NCBI GenBank assembly: GCA_964536725.1
Contig: CAZHYJ010000005.1
Coordinates: forward strand, 3,084 to 67,083
Length of the DNA: 64,000 bases
DNA from: an uncultured Gammaproteobacteria bacterium
GTDB lineage: Bacteria; Patescibacteriota; Patescibacteriia; Magasanikbacterales; GWA2-37-8
Reading direction: 5' to 3'
The translations under genes and the position numbers were made by a program. A model generated the notes under the pieces. The model was not told the DNA's origin, made no database searches, and saw nothing but the letters and a program-made list of their open reading frames with translations. Positions 31,156 through 39,514 of the stretch are shown piece by piece (within the stretch, counting starts at the first letter, position 1; every line of letters starts with the position of its first letter).

Positions 31156-31672
31156 TTCATTATTGGTAATCGCTCCCAAGTAATTGGGAAGAGGAAAGTC
31201 CGAACATCTCCAACGCAAGTTGGGAAAAAGACAGTGGGTAACGCCCACCCCCTAACCTGCAAAGTGTTAGGGCGGGAAAGCGGCACAGAGACAATACTAC
31301 TTTGTCCGCCGAAGCCTTGGCGAAGGAGGATCCAACCGACCCACCTCCGCTAAAGCTACGGCGGGCAAGGGAAAGGTGAAAAGCGCATGGAGGTTTTGGT
31401 TCTAGATCAAAGCTACTATGCCCCATCCACAGCAATGTGGAATGGTGCCAAGCCCTGTCTGATGCAAGAGCAGCCTTGCAACTGGAATATCTGGTTACAT
31501 GGAAAAGTTCGCTCGCGTTGATTCCGTTGGTAACAACGGGACAAGATAAATGATTACCTCCTGTTAAAAAAGCCAAGGCCAAAAGATACCGAGAAATCCA
31601 ATACGCGGAAAGTAGCGGTGTAAAATGGTTCGGCTCAACAACAGAAGACAAAATTCGGCTTATAATAATGAA
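31156..31672 (+). ncRNA. rnpB: RNase P RNA (bacterial type A-like), apparently enlarged
   Basis: Conserved blocks AGAGGAAAGTCCG (P4 5' strand), GGGTAACGCC-like, GGGAAAGGTGAAA, GCCAAAAGATACC, ACAGAAGACAAAATTCGGCTTA (P4 3' strand / CR-V). P1 pairs tcattatt with aataatga. Ends are approximate. The spacing between the conserved blocks is about 470 nt, against about 300 nt in E. coli M1 RNA. Confidence 0.85.
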
Positions 31673-31675
31673 ACT

Positions 31676-31706
31676 AAAAATCCGACCTTAATTGGTCGGA
31701 TTTTTT
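31676..31706. terminator. Intrinsic terminator after rnpB (possibly bidirectional)
   Basis: Stem aaaaatccgacc/ggtcggatttttt. The stop of the minus-strand ORF 31688-32047 lies inside the hairpin. Confidence 0.7.
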
Positions 31707-32047
31707 GTCAGCATACTTTTTATCCTTTCCCCTTCTCGTTCTACCACGTCTCCGTCTTTCTCCCCGGCATGCGCCTTTACACCGGCGTAGACCGGTGCCC
31801 GCTGGTCTAAGTGTAGATCAAACGACCAGTTATCGCCTCGATCTTCTACATACACATGAAACCGCGGATACAACATCGTACGATCGGGATGACGGGTGTA
31901 ACTTTTAGTGCCACCATGACGATCAATTTTTAAACCATAGCCACAACGACGGATATATTGCTCTGGATCTACGATTTGAATTTTTGGCAATAGGATTTTC
32001 ATACCTCCACATCCTACCATAATTGGCCAAAAAATCCAATTGACCAA
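31688..32047 (-). CDS. Hypothetical protein (119 aa; alternative start at 32002)
   Basis: ORF with no overlap to other genes. Contains GGTKSYTRHPDRTMLYPRFHVYVEDRGDNWSFDLHLD but no family I can name. Its 3' end overlaps the terminator hairpin. Confidence 0.35.
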   Translation of the reverse strand: MVNWIFWPIMVGCGGMKILLPKIQIVDPEQYIRRCGYGLKIDRHGGTKSYTRHPDRTMLYPRFHVYVEDRGDNWSFDLHLDQRAPVYAGVKAHAGEKDGDVVEREGERIKSMLTKNPTN

Positions 32048-32139
32048 AACTATCCTTTAGCGTAAAATACAAGAAAACATTAAATAAACCTATATTCGCT
32101 AAAGCAATATATTCTCATTCACCTCATTCCTAATCGAAT

Positions 32140-33558
32140 ATGAAACGCTTTGAACTTATCTTCACTTTCCTTCAACTACCTCTAGATTACCTTGCCATTA
32201 TCCTTGCCGGCTTTGCCGCCTATGGCTTGCGTTTTTCTAATATTGTCACCTCCATCCGACCGGTAGTTTTTAATCTAGGATGGGAAAAGTATTGGCCGCT
32301 TGTCTTGATGGTGGGTGTTGGTTGGTTAATTATCTTTGCCCTAAACGGACTGTATAAAATTGACCCCAACCGCAAATTCGCCGCTGACATTTCCCGCATC
32401 TTCATGGCCTGTTCGACCGGCTTTGCTGCCATCACTATTTACGTATTTTTCACTTTACAAAAATTTGATTCCCGCTTTTTGGTTTTAGTGGGTGGAGTTT
32501 TGGCGATAGTTTTTGTGATATTCGAACGCATGGCTATCCGTGGTACTAAAGCAATTCTTTACCATTACGGAATCGGACTACGCAGACTTGTCATTGTTGG
32601 CAATGAAAATATTTCCCAAATAATCGCCGACTCATTTAAACAAAAAAAATATCTCGGCTATTCCGTAGTTGGTATTTTTAACCACTTTGACGAAGAGACA
32701 AAAAAGCAAATTAAAGATCTTCGTCCTGATGAAATGCTTTTAACTGACCCAAAAGCATCTGAAGAAGAATCCCTGCAAGCTGTAGATTTCGCCAACGAAA
32801 ATCACCTTACTTTCAAATATTCCGCTGACCTTTTTGCCACCATTTCCACCAACATGACAGTATATGCAATTGCCGGCATCCCGATCATTGAACTCCGCCG
32901 TGCCCGCATCGGTGCTTGGGGCAGAATCAGCAAACGTTTACTGGATATTATTCTTGGATTGATTTTAATGATCATTCTCTCCCCTGTTTACTTCATCATC
33001 GCTCTCGGAATTTTAATCGAAACCGGTCGCCCGATAATCTACAAAAATGAACGTGTAGGACAAAAAGGAAAAAAATTTACTACTTTGAAATTTCGTTCAA
33101 TGTACCAAAAATATTGTACTGGTACACAATTTGATACACAAAACAAAGCGGCGTTGACTGAAGAAGAAAAACTAATTGCTAATCAAAGTGTGAAAGACGG
33201 ACCAGTATACAAAATTAAAGATGATCCAAGAGTGACCAAATTTGGCCGCATCATTCGTGCCTGGAGTTTGGATGAATTACCCCAGTTTTGGAATATTGTA
33301 AAAGGCGAAATGAGTCTGGTTGGACCACGCCCCCATCAACCCCGCGAAGTGGCGAAATATGAGAAATGGCAAAAGATAGTGATGGTAGCTAAACCTGGTT
33401 TAACTGGCATGGCACAAGTTTCTGGACGCAGCAATCTATCCTTCGACGAAGAAGTAAAACTCGACACTTTCTATATCGAAAACTGGTCGCTGTTGTTAGA
33501 TTTAATTATTTTAATTAAAACACCTTTTATCGTCATCAAACGCAAAGGTGCTTGGTAA
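32140..33558 (+). CDS. Polyprenyl-phosphate glycosyl-1-phosphate transferase (WbaP/EpsL-type bacterial sugar transferase)
   Basis: N-terminal TM helices, then the C-terminal bacterial sugar transferase domain (KPGLTGMAQVSGRSNLSFDEEVKLDTFYIENWSLLLDLIIL). Confidence 0.88.
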   Translation: MKRFELIFTFLQLPLDYLAIILAGFAAYGLRFSNIVTSIRPVVFNLGWEKYWPLVLMVGVGWLIIFALNGLYKIDPNRKFAADISRIFMACSTGFAAITIYVFFTLQKFDSRFLVLVGGVLAIVFVIFERMAIRGTKAILYHYGIGLRRLVIVGNENISQIIADSFKQKKYLGYSVVGIFNHFDEETKKQIKDLRPDEMLLTDPKASEEESLQAVDFANENHLTFKYSADLFATISTNMTVYAIAGIPIIELRRARIGAWGRISKRLLDIILGLILMIILSPVYFIIALGILIETGRPIIYKNERVGQKGKKFTTLKFRSMYQKYCTGTQFDTQNKAALTEEEKLIANQSVKDGPVYKIKDDPRVTKFGRIIRAWSLDELPQFWNIVKGEMSLVGPRPHQPREVAKYEKWQKIVMVAKPGLTGMAQVSGRSNLSFDEEVKLDTFYIENWSLLLDLIILIKTPFIVIKRKGAW

Positions 33559-34681
33559 AACTATGCGAATCGCCCTAGTACATGATTATCTCGCGCAAGA
33601 TGGAGGGGCGGAGCGCGTCTTGAAAGCTCTCCAAGAAATTTGGCCTAGTGCGCCAATTTTTGTGTTGTTTCACGATCCCAAGAAAATCAACTACATCCCC
33701 ACTGAAAAAATTACTGAATCATTTTTAGCAAAAATGCCTTTTATTCGCTCGTCGTTCCCGTGGTACCTATCACTAATGCCGGTGGCCACTGAACGCCATG
33801 ATCTAAGTAAATTTGACATCGTCATTTCTTCTTCTAGTGTCTTCGCTAAAGGTGTAATCACCCCACCACACGCTTTGCACGTTTCCTACTGCCACACACC
33901 CGCCCGCTTCCTCTGGGCAGATGGTCACCACTATTTGTCTGATCTAAAGAGAAGTTGGTTGGTTAAAAAAATCCTACCCATCATAATGCACCGCCTGCGC
34001 CTCTGGGACCAAATGAGTACCCAAAGAGTCGATCGATTTATTGCTAATTCCCACACAGTTCGTCAACGTATTTTAAAATATTATCGTCGTGAAAGTGTTG
34101 TTATCTACCCGCCCGTGAATATTACCCCATCCTCAGTCAACCGAATTGGACAATATTTTATCGCCGGCGGACGCTTGGTCCCTTACAAACGCCTAGACAT
34201 TGCCGTTAAAACTTTCAATCGTTTAGGTTGGAATTTAAAGATATTTGGTACTGGACCAGAATTAAATTATCTCAAAAAAATCGCTAAACCAAATATCGAA
34301 TTTTTAGGAAAAATATCCGAAGAAGAAAAAGCTAATTTGCTTTCTGGCGCACGCGCTTTCATCCACCCGCAACTAGAAGATTTTGGCATCACCCCCATCG
34401 AAAGTATGGCCGCCGGCCGTCCCGTTATCGCCTATGGCCAGGGTGGCGCTACTGAAACTGTGCGCCATAATATTACTGGTGTGTTTTTTCCTGAGCAGAC
34501 TTGGGAATCGCTCTATGAGGCGGTAGTTAAATTTAAACCGTTTGAATGGGACACAGAAAAGATCAAAGAACACGCCACTAAATTTAGCACGGAAAAATTT
34601 AAGACGGAAATAAAAAAACAAGTCGAGGACTATTACGAGGAGTTTAAAAAAGGATGGAATCAGTGCCAGTTGATAAAGTAA
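33548..34681 (+). CDS. GT4-family glycosyltransferase
   Basis: C-terminal GT-B motifs (EDFGITPIESMAAGRPVIA). 11-nt overlap with the upstream sugar transferase gene. Confidence 0.85.
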   Translation: MLGKTMRIALVHDYLAQDGGAERVLKALQEIWPSAPIFVLFHDPKKINYIPTEKITESFLAKMPFIRSSFPWYLSLMPVATERHDLSKFDIVISSSSVFAKGVITPPHALHVSYCHTPARFLWADGHHYLSDLKRSWLVKKILPIIMHRLRLWDQMSTQRVDRFIANSHTVRQRILKYYRRESVVIYPPVNITPSSVNRIGQYFIAGGRLVPYKRLDIAVKTFNRLGWNLKIFGTGPELNYLKKIAKPNIEFLGKISEEEKANLLSGARAFIHPQLEDFGITPIESMAAGRPVIAYGQGGATETVRHNITGVFFPEQTWESLYEAVVKFKPFEWDTEKIKEHATKFSTEKFKTEIKKQVEDYYEEFKKGWNQCQLIK

Positions 34682-34860
34682 AAAACAATAAAATAGCCAC
34701 AGTTACCTAGCGAAGTTTTGCTAAAAAAATAATAAGTTTTTAGTAAAATATCATTGCTTGAGGCCTCGCGGCCGAGTTATGATATTTTACGTAAGAAAAC
34801 TTATTATTTTTTTCAAAACGTAGCGCGGTAACTGTGGTTATTTTATTGTTTTTTATCAAT
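34682..34860. repeat. Long (~180 bp) near-perfect palindrome filling the gap between convergent gene stops, with a GAGGCCTCGCGGCCGAG core
   Basis: Left arm aaaaacaataaaatagccacagttacc...aaaaaaataataagtttt pairs with right arm aaaacttattattttttt...ggtaactgtggttattttattgtttttt. Inner stem gtaaaatatcat/atgatattttac encloses gaggcctcgcggccgag. The same GC core occurs in element copy C (39391-39497). Confidence 0.65.
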
Positions 34861-36103
34861 TAAACCCCAGAAAAGAAGTCACCACCAACGCCACCGTCGC
34901 TGCAATAATACCCAAAATCGTTAACCAAGCGATAATATTACCAATCGGCTTGTTGGTATGCTCCCCCATAATCCGCTTGTCATTTATTATCTTCATCACA
35001 AAAATCAAGATAAACGGCAATAAAATACCGTTAATATCTTGCGACCAAACCATGATTTTAATCAAAGAAATTCCCGGAATTAAGACCATTAATGCCGGGA
35101 TAAAAATAGTGAATAAAATAATGCTGTAAAATATTTTTCCATTCTCCCAAGTCGTATCAAATCCTGACTCCCAACCAAAAGCCTCACAAATTGCATAGGC
35201 AGTGGCCGTGGGTAAGATAAAAGCACCAAGCATCGAAGCCACAAACAAACCGAAGGCAAATAAAAATTGTGCTAAATCACCCGCTAACGGTCGCAAGGCC
35301 TGCGCTACATCTGATACATTATCTATACGAATGCCGTGTTTATATAAAGTAGCAGCCGTACCAATGATGATAAAGAAACTGACAATATTCGTAATAAAGG
35401 CACCGATAAACACCTCAACTTTTTCCGTTTTATAGTGTTTAATTTCCAACCCCTTGTCCACGACATATGACTGGATAAAAAACTGCCCCCATGGCGTAAT
35501 AGTTGTGCCAATTACGGCGATCATCATTAAAAGAAAGGGGGCGTTCCATTCTAATGTCGGCTTAAACATATCTTTCACTGCCGCACCAAAATCTGGGCCG
35601 ACCACAAACCCGTTAATGATGTAGACGATGTAGAAAAAAGAAAATACCAAAAATATTTTTTGTGTGGTTTTAAACGAGCCTTTGTACAGAATAAACCAAA
35701 CCACCAAAGCGGAAATCGGAACGGATAAATATTTACTAACCCCAATCAGAGAAAAAGAAGAAGCCACACCGGCAAATTCGGCGGTGACAGTACCGATATT
35801 GGCCACCAACATCAACAACATCGCTAACGTTGTCAATCGCACCCCAAAACTTTCACGGATAATACCGGCCAAACCCTGACGCGTAACAATACCAATACGC
35901 ACGCCCATCTCCTGAGTAACTGCTAAAGCAAAAGTAATTAAAAGCAACACCCACAACATCTTCGTACCAAAGTGGGCACCAGCAATCGAGTAGGTGGTAA
36001 TTCCACCGGCATCATTATCCGCGTTCGCCGCAATAATACCGGGACCAATCACTCCTAAAAAAAAGACAATTTTGACCCACCAATGACGAAGTTTTCCACG
36101 CAT
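34856..36103 (-). CDS. Nramp-family divalent metal (Mn2+/Fe2+) transporter
   Basis: GPGIIAANADNDAGGITTYS corresponds to the Nramp GPG...DPGN region. About 11 TM helices, 415 aa. Confidence 0.8.
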   Translation of the reverse strand: MRGKLRHWWVKIVFFLGVIGPGIIAANADNDAGGITTYSIAGAHFGTKMLWVLLLITFALAVTQEMGVRIGIVTRQGLAGIIRESFGVRLTTLAMLLMLVANIGTVTAEFAGVASSFSLIGVSKYLSVPISALVVWFILYKGSFKTTQKIFLVFSFFYIVYIINGFVVGPDFGAAVKDMFKPTLEWNAPFLLMMIAVIGTTITPWGQFFIQSYVVDKGLEIKHYKTEKVEVFIGAFITNIVSFFIIIGTAATLYKHGIRIDNVSDVAQALRPLAGDLAQFLFAFGLFVASMLGAFILPTATAYAICEAFGWESGFDTTWENGKIFYSIILFTIFIPALMVLIPGISLIKIMVWSQDINGILLPFILIFVMKIINDKRIMGEHTNKPIGNIIAWLTILGIIAATVALVVTSFLGFN

Positions 36104-36108
36104 ATATT

Positions 36109-37326
36109 TTAAGCTTGTGGCACTAGATGACGCATCACATCATCAATCGTCACCATACCCAACATTCTTTTTTCGTCATCCAACACGACCGCAGTATACA
36201 AATCATATTTTGTCATCACCTTGATTACATCTTCAATATCCTGACCCACTCGCAAGATTGAACTACTTGGAAATGTTTTTAACAACTCTTTAATTTTTTT
36301 ATCTGCATCCGAAACCAACAGCCAACGCAAAGAAATCGCTCCTAAAAATTTATCTTCATCATCCAAGACATAGACATAAAGCACCGAACGCAAAGTTGGG
36401 GACAACTTTTTAACTTCCGCCACCGCCTCTTTAACCACCCACTCTGGTCGCACACGAATATACTCTGAAGTCATCAAACCACCCGCGGTATCGTCCTCGT
36501 ATTTAATCAACTTTTCAATCTTTTTTGCTTTTTGATTTTGCAAGTAAGACAAGAAAATGCGCGCCTCTTCCTTTGGCATCGTTTTCAACAAGTCCACGAT
36601 TTCATCAGTCGACATTTGACCCAAGATACTGGACATTTTTTCTGGACCCAAATATTTTACCAACACTTTCTGTAGATGGGGATCAACTTCTTCCAACACC
36701 TTCGCCGCCGATTTGGCGTCCAAGTTGATAACCAACTGACTACCCGCTTTAACATTCAAATCTTCAATAACATTAGCCAAATCTGCTGGATGCAGACGGT
36801 TCAAGTTTTTCGCTGCCGTATCTAGTTTCAAAATACCACGTACTGGTTGCGTGTGACGCCAATCAATCAAATTCACCTTTAACCAATTACCAAAATCTAT
36901 CCATTCCAAACCCATCCGACGCAACAACCCTTTGGTACTCACATCAATCCCCACAACACTCATTTTTTCCTTAAAAATGTTAAGACGTAAATCATTAACA
37001 CGCACCAAACGTGCGCCCGCCACATCGACAATCTGCTCATCCATTACATCACGCTTCAAATATACCCAACCACTATCGGTGATTTCCGACGTAGTCGATA
37101 TTTTTTTGATTGGAGTTTTTAGAAAAATAAAACGCCGGCTAAAATTGCCGACGAAAGAGTATGGTATCAAAATATTATCACCTGTTTCTTTACTTTCTAT
37201 TACCAAAAACTCTAGAGGTTGATATTCAGAAGCTTTGGAACTAATCAAAATATCTTTTAATCGTCCCACCACTTCATCGGCGCTGTCTTTAACTTTATGA
37301 TTTAGGAGCTCGCTTAAGTATGGCAT
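36109..37326 (-). CDS. Soluble MgtE-N-like plus CBS-pair regulatory-domain protein with no transmembrane channel module
   Basis: N-terminal PRC-barrel-like region, a helical MgtE_N-like middle, a C-terminal CBS pair (YVYVLDDEDKFLGAISLRWLL; VVLDDEKRMLGMVTIDDVM), no TM segments. Its stop lies 5 nt upstream of the Nramp start. Confidence 0.6.
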   Translation of the reverse strand: MPYLSELLNHKVKDSADEVVGRLKDILISSKASEYQPLEFLVIESKETGDNILIPYSFVGNFSRRFIFLKTPIKKISTTSEITDSGWVYLKRDVMDEQIVDVAGARLVRVNDLRLNIFKEKMSVVGIDVSTKGLLRRMGLEWIDFGNWLKVNLIDWRHTQPVRGILKLDTAAKNLNRLHPADLANVIEDLNVKAGSQLVINLDAKSAAKVLEEVDPHLQKVLVKYLGPEKMSSILGQMSTDEIVDLLKTMPKEEARIFLSYLQNQKAKKIEKLIKYEDDTAGGLMTSEYIRVRPEWVVKEAVAEVKKLSPTLRSVLYVYVLDDEDKFLGAISLRWLLVSDADKKIKELLKTFPSSSILRVGQDIEDVIKVMTKYDLYTAVVLDDEKRMLGMVTIDDVMRHLVPQA

Positions 37327-37530
37327 AAAAGTATTAGTTAGACGCCAATATTATATACCAAAAAATGAAAAAAAACAATCTAAAATAAAAAAGAAACAAC
37401 CGAGTGATTGTTTTTTAAATGAGAAAGGCGGTGGGAGGGCGACGCATCTTTCTGAATCCGACATAGCTGTCAGCTCACAGAAAAATATTGCGTCGCCCTT
37501 GCCTTATGGTGGGTGGAGCCGAGGTGGTCG

Positions 37531-37953
37531 TCACTTGGTGAACGGCCGCTCCCGTGGCGGCGCGGGTACGGACGGCTGAACGGCGGGGAACCCCGGGGCG
37601 AGACAGAAGATCTCTCCGCGCAGCCCGCCGGCTTCGTCGCTTGAGTACGCGACGCGGATCTCGTACCCCGGGGGGCAGATCCACTGCGAGGGCACCGGCT
37701 TGCCGGCGACGTCCGTCGCACGACACACCATCCCCACACCGCCCGCACCTCCTTCGTCATGGCAGCTCATCACGGCCTCCGAACGGACCACCACCGACGG
37801 CGTCGTTCGAGAGGACGACGTCCGAAGGGGGGGAAGCTCCTCGTCGTGTTCGCCGGCGACGATCGGCTTTCCGAAAGCCCCGCCACACCACGCCACGAGC
37901 ACGACGATCCCCACAGCCACCAGCACCGCAACCTTCTTCGATCCTTCCGACAT
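37531..37953 (-). CDS. Small secreted Cys-containing hypothetical protein on a GC-rich island
   Basis: Within about 560 bp of roughly 65-70% GC. GGAGG lies 7 nt before the ATG. Signal or TM segment VAVLVAVGIVVLVAWCGGAFG. A GC-rich stem (gggcgacgca...tgcgtcgccc) lies downstream. Other-frame ORFs here are Arg-rich GC artefacts. Confidence 0.5.
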   Translation of the reverse strand: MSEGSKKVAVLVAVGIVVLVAWCGGAFGKPIVAGEHDEELPPLRTSSSRTTPSVVVRSEAVMSCHDEGGAGGVGMVCRATDVAGKPVPSQWICPPGYEIRVAYSSDEAGGLRGEIFCLAPGFPAVQPSVPAPPRERPFTK

Positions 37954-38111
37954 ACCGTTTGCCTCCTGGCAAATCAGCCCACCAATTTGGGCATTGTACC
38001 GAACAAAATACTTCATAAATATTCTGATCGGTAAAATCCCCAAAAACACCATAAGTAACAGCTAAAGATAGCAAACTTTTGCCTTTTTGTCAATATACTG
38101 TTAAAATCAGA

Positions 38112-38219
38112 GTAGAAGTTACACGTTTGGTATTTTTTGAGCGGGTTATGCGCCAAGGCACATCCTTTCGCCCTCGCGGGCGAAAAAAGCGAAAAAATTA
38201 CCAAACGTGTAACTTCTAC
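38112..38219 (+). repeat. Structured palindromic element, copy B, in the GT4 gene leader
   Basis: Outer stem gtagaagttacacgtttggta / taccaaacgtgtaacttctac (perfect), core TTTTTTGAGCGGGTTATG, hairpin 1 atgcgcc-aa-ggcacat, hairpin 2 cgccc-tcgc-gggcg, AAAAAAGCGAAAAAATTA. Ends 8 nt before the ATG at 38228. Confidence 0.7.
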
Positions 38220-38227
38220 GAAACCAT

Positions 38228-39331
38228 ATGAAAATCGGCATCGACGCCCGCATGTATGGCCCTGCGCAAGGCGGCATTGGGCGATATATCGAACAATTAA
38301 TTAAGCAACTACAAAAAATTGACCAAAACAATCAATATATTTTGTTTTTACGTAAAAGCAATTTTGACGAATGCGAAATCACCAATTCAAATTTTAAAAA
38401 AGTATTAGCCGACATTCCCTGGTACAGTCTGAAAGAACAAACCGACTTTTGTAAGATAATCAAAAAAGAAAATATTGACCTGATGCACTTCCCCCATTGG
38501 AACGTGCCGCTGTTTTATCGTGGTAAATTTGTCGTCACCATCCACGATCTGATCATGTACCATTTTCCTCGCACCGAGGCTTCCACCCACGGACCAATTG
38601 TGTACTGGTTAAAAGACAAACTTCATCGTCTCATCTTATCCTCCGCCGCCAAGCGCGCTCAAGCCGTTATCGCCACCAGCGAGTTTACCAAAAACGACAT
38701 TGTTAAAGAATTAAAAATCAATCCAGAAAAAATTACCGTTACCTACCAAGCTCCATTTTCCCAGACTACCTCCATTGAATCACTCCCGACCGAAGTGAAG
38801 AAACCATACGCTTTGTATGTTGGTGCCGGATACCCACACAAAAATCTCCCTGCACTGTTGTGTGCCTGGAAAAAAATTGAAGGGATAAACTCCGAACTTA
38901 ACTTGGTGCTGGCTGGACGAAAGAATTTCTTCTATGATCAACTAACCAATTCCGTTGAATTTAAAAACTGCCAACGGATACAATATGTGTCCAACCCAAC
39001 TGACCCACAGCTCGAAACACTCTATCAAAACGCTGACCTCTTCGTTTTTCCTTCACTTTATGAAGGCTTTGGCCTACCACCACTCGAGGCCATGCTCCGC
39101 AATATACCCGTTGTATCTTCGAACACTTCTTGTCTCCAAGAAATTTTAGGCAACGCCGTTTGGTATTTTGACCCAACAGACACCGAAGACATGGCACGCA
39201 AAATTTTGATGACTTTTGACAACACTGATCTCCGCGACACTCTCCAAAAATCCGGTGTCGAACTACTAAAAAAATACTCTTGGGAGAAACTTACTTATGA
39301 AACACTTCACACTTATCAAAAAAGTGGATAA
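38228..39331 (+). CDS. GT4-family glycosyltransferase
   Basis: GT-B fold with C-terminal EGFGLPPLEAMLRNIPVVSS motif. Confidence 0.85.
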   Translation: MKIGIDARMYGPAQGGIGRYIEQLIKQLQKIDQNNQYILFLRKSNFDECEITNSNFKKVLADIPWYSLKEQTDFCKIIKKENIDLMHFPHWNVPLFYRGKFVVTIHDLIMYHFPRTEASTHGPIVYWLKDKLHRLILSSAAKRAQAVIATSEFTKNDIVKELKINPEKITVTYQAPFSQTTSIESLPTEVKKPYALYVGAGYPHKNLPALLCAWKKIEGINSELNLVLAGRKNFFYDQLTNSVEFKNCQRIQYVSNPTDPQLETLYQNADLFVFPSLYEGFGLPPLEAMLRNIPVVSSNTSCLQEILGNAVWYFDPTDTEDMARKILMTFDNTDLRDTLQKSGVELLKKYSWEKLTYETLHTYQKSG

Positions 39332-39390
39332 CTTCCCAGAAAAACAATGCCAAAAGTTGTAAATTGATGTATAATAATGATAACGAAAAA

Positions 39391-39497
39391 GAAATTACGC
39401 GTTTGATATTTTTTGAGCGGGTTATGAAGTCCACAGACTTCATCCCTGAGGCCTCGCGGCCGAGGAAAGTGAAAAAATTATCAAACACGTAATTTCT
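39391..39497 (+). repeat. Structured palindromic element, copy C, in the leader of the large surface protein gene
   Basis: Outer stem gaaattacgcgtttgata / tatcaaacacgtaatttc, core TTTTTTGAGCGGGTTATG, hairpin 1 atgaagtc-caca-gacttcat (compensatory relative to copy A), hairpin 2 cctcg-cggc-cgagg within gaggcctcgcggccgagg, then GAAAGTGAAAAAATTA. Confidence 0.7.
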
Positions 39498-39514
39498 AGA
39501 AAATCAATTTAAAC

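Noticed and set aside
31120-31651. ORFs 31120-31353 (+) and 31160-31651 (-) overlapping the RNase P RNA
   Set aside because: The region contains all hallmark RNase P RNA blocks and a promoter positioned for the RNA 5' end. The ORFs are artefacts of the structured GC-richer RNA gene.
37470-38074. Multiple overlapping Arg/Pro-rich ORFs in all frames on the 37.5-kb GC-rich island
   Set aside because: High GC suppresses stop codons in every frame. Only the minus-strand ORF starting at 37953 has an SD-ATG context, a signal-peptide-like N-terminus and non-repetitive composition.
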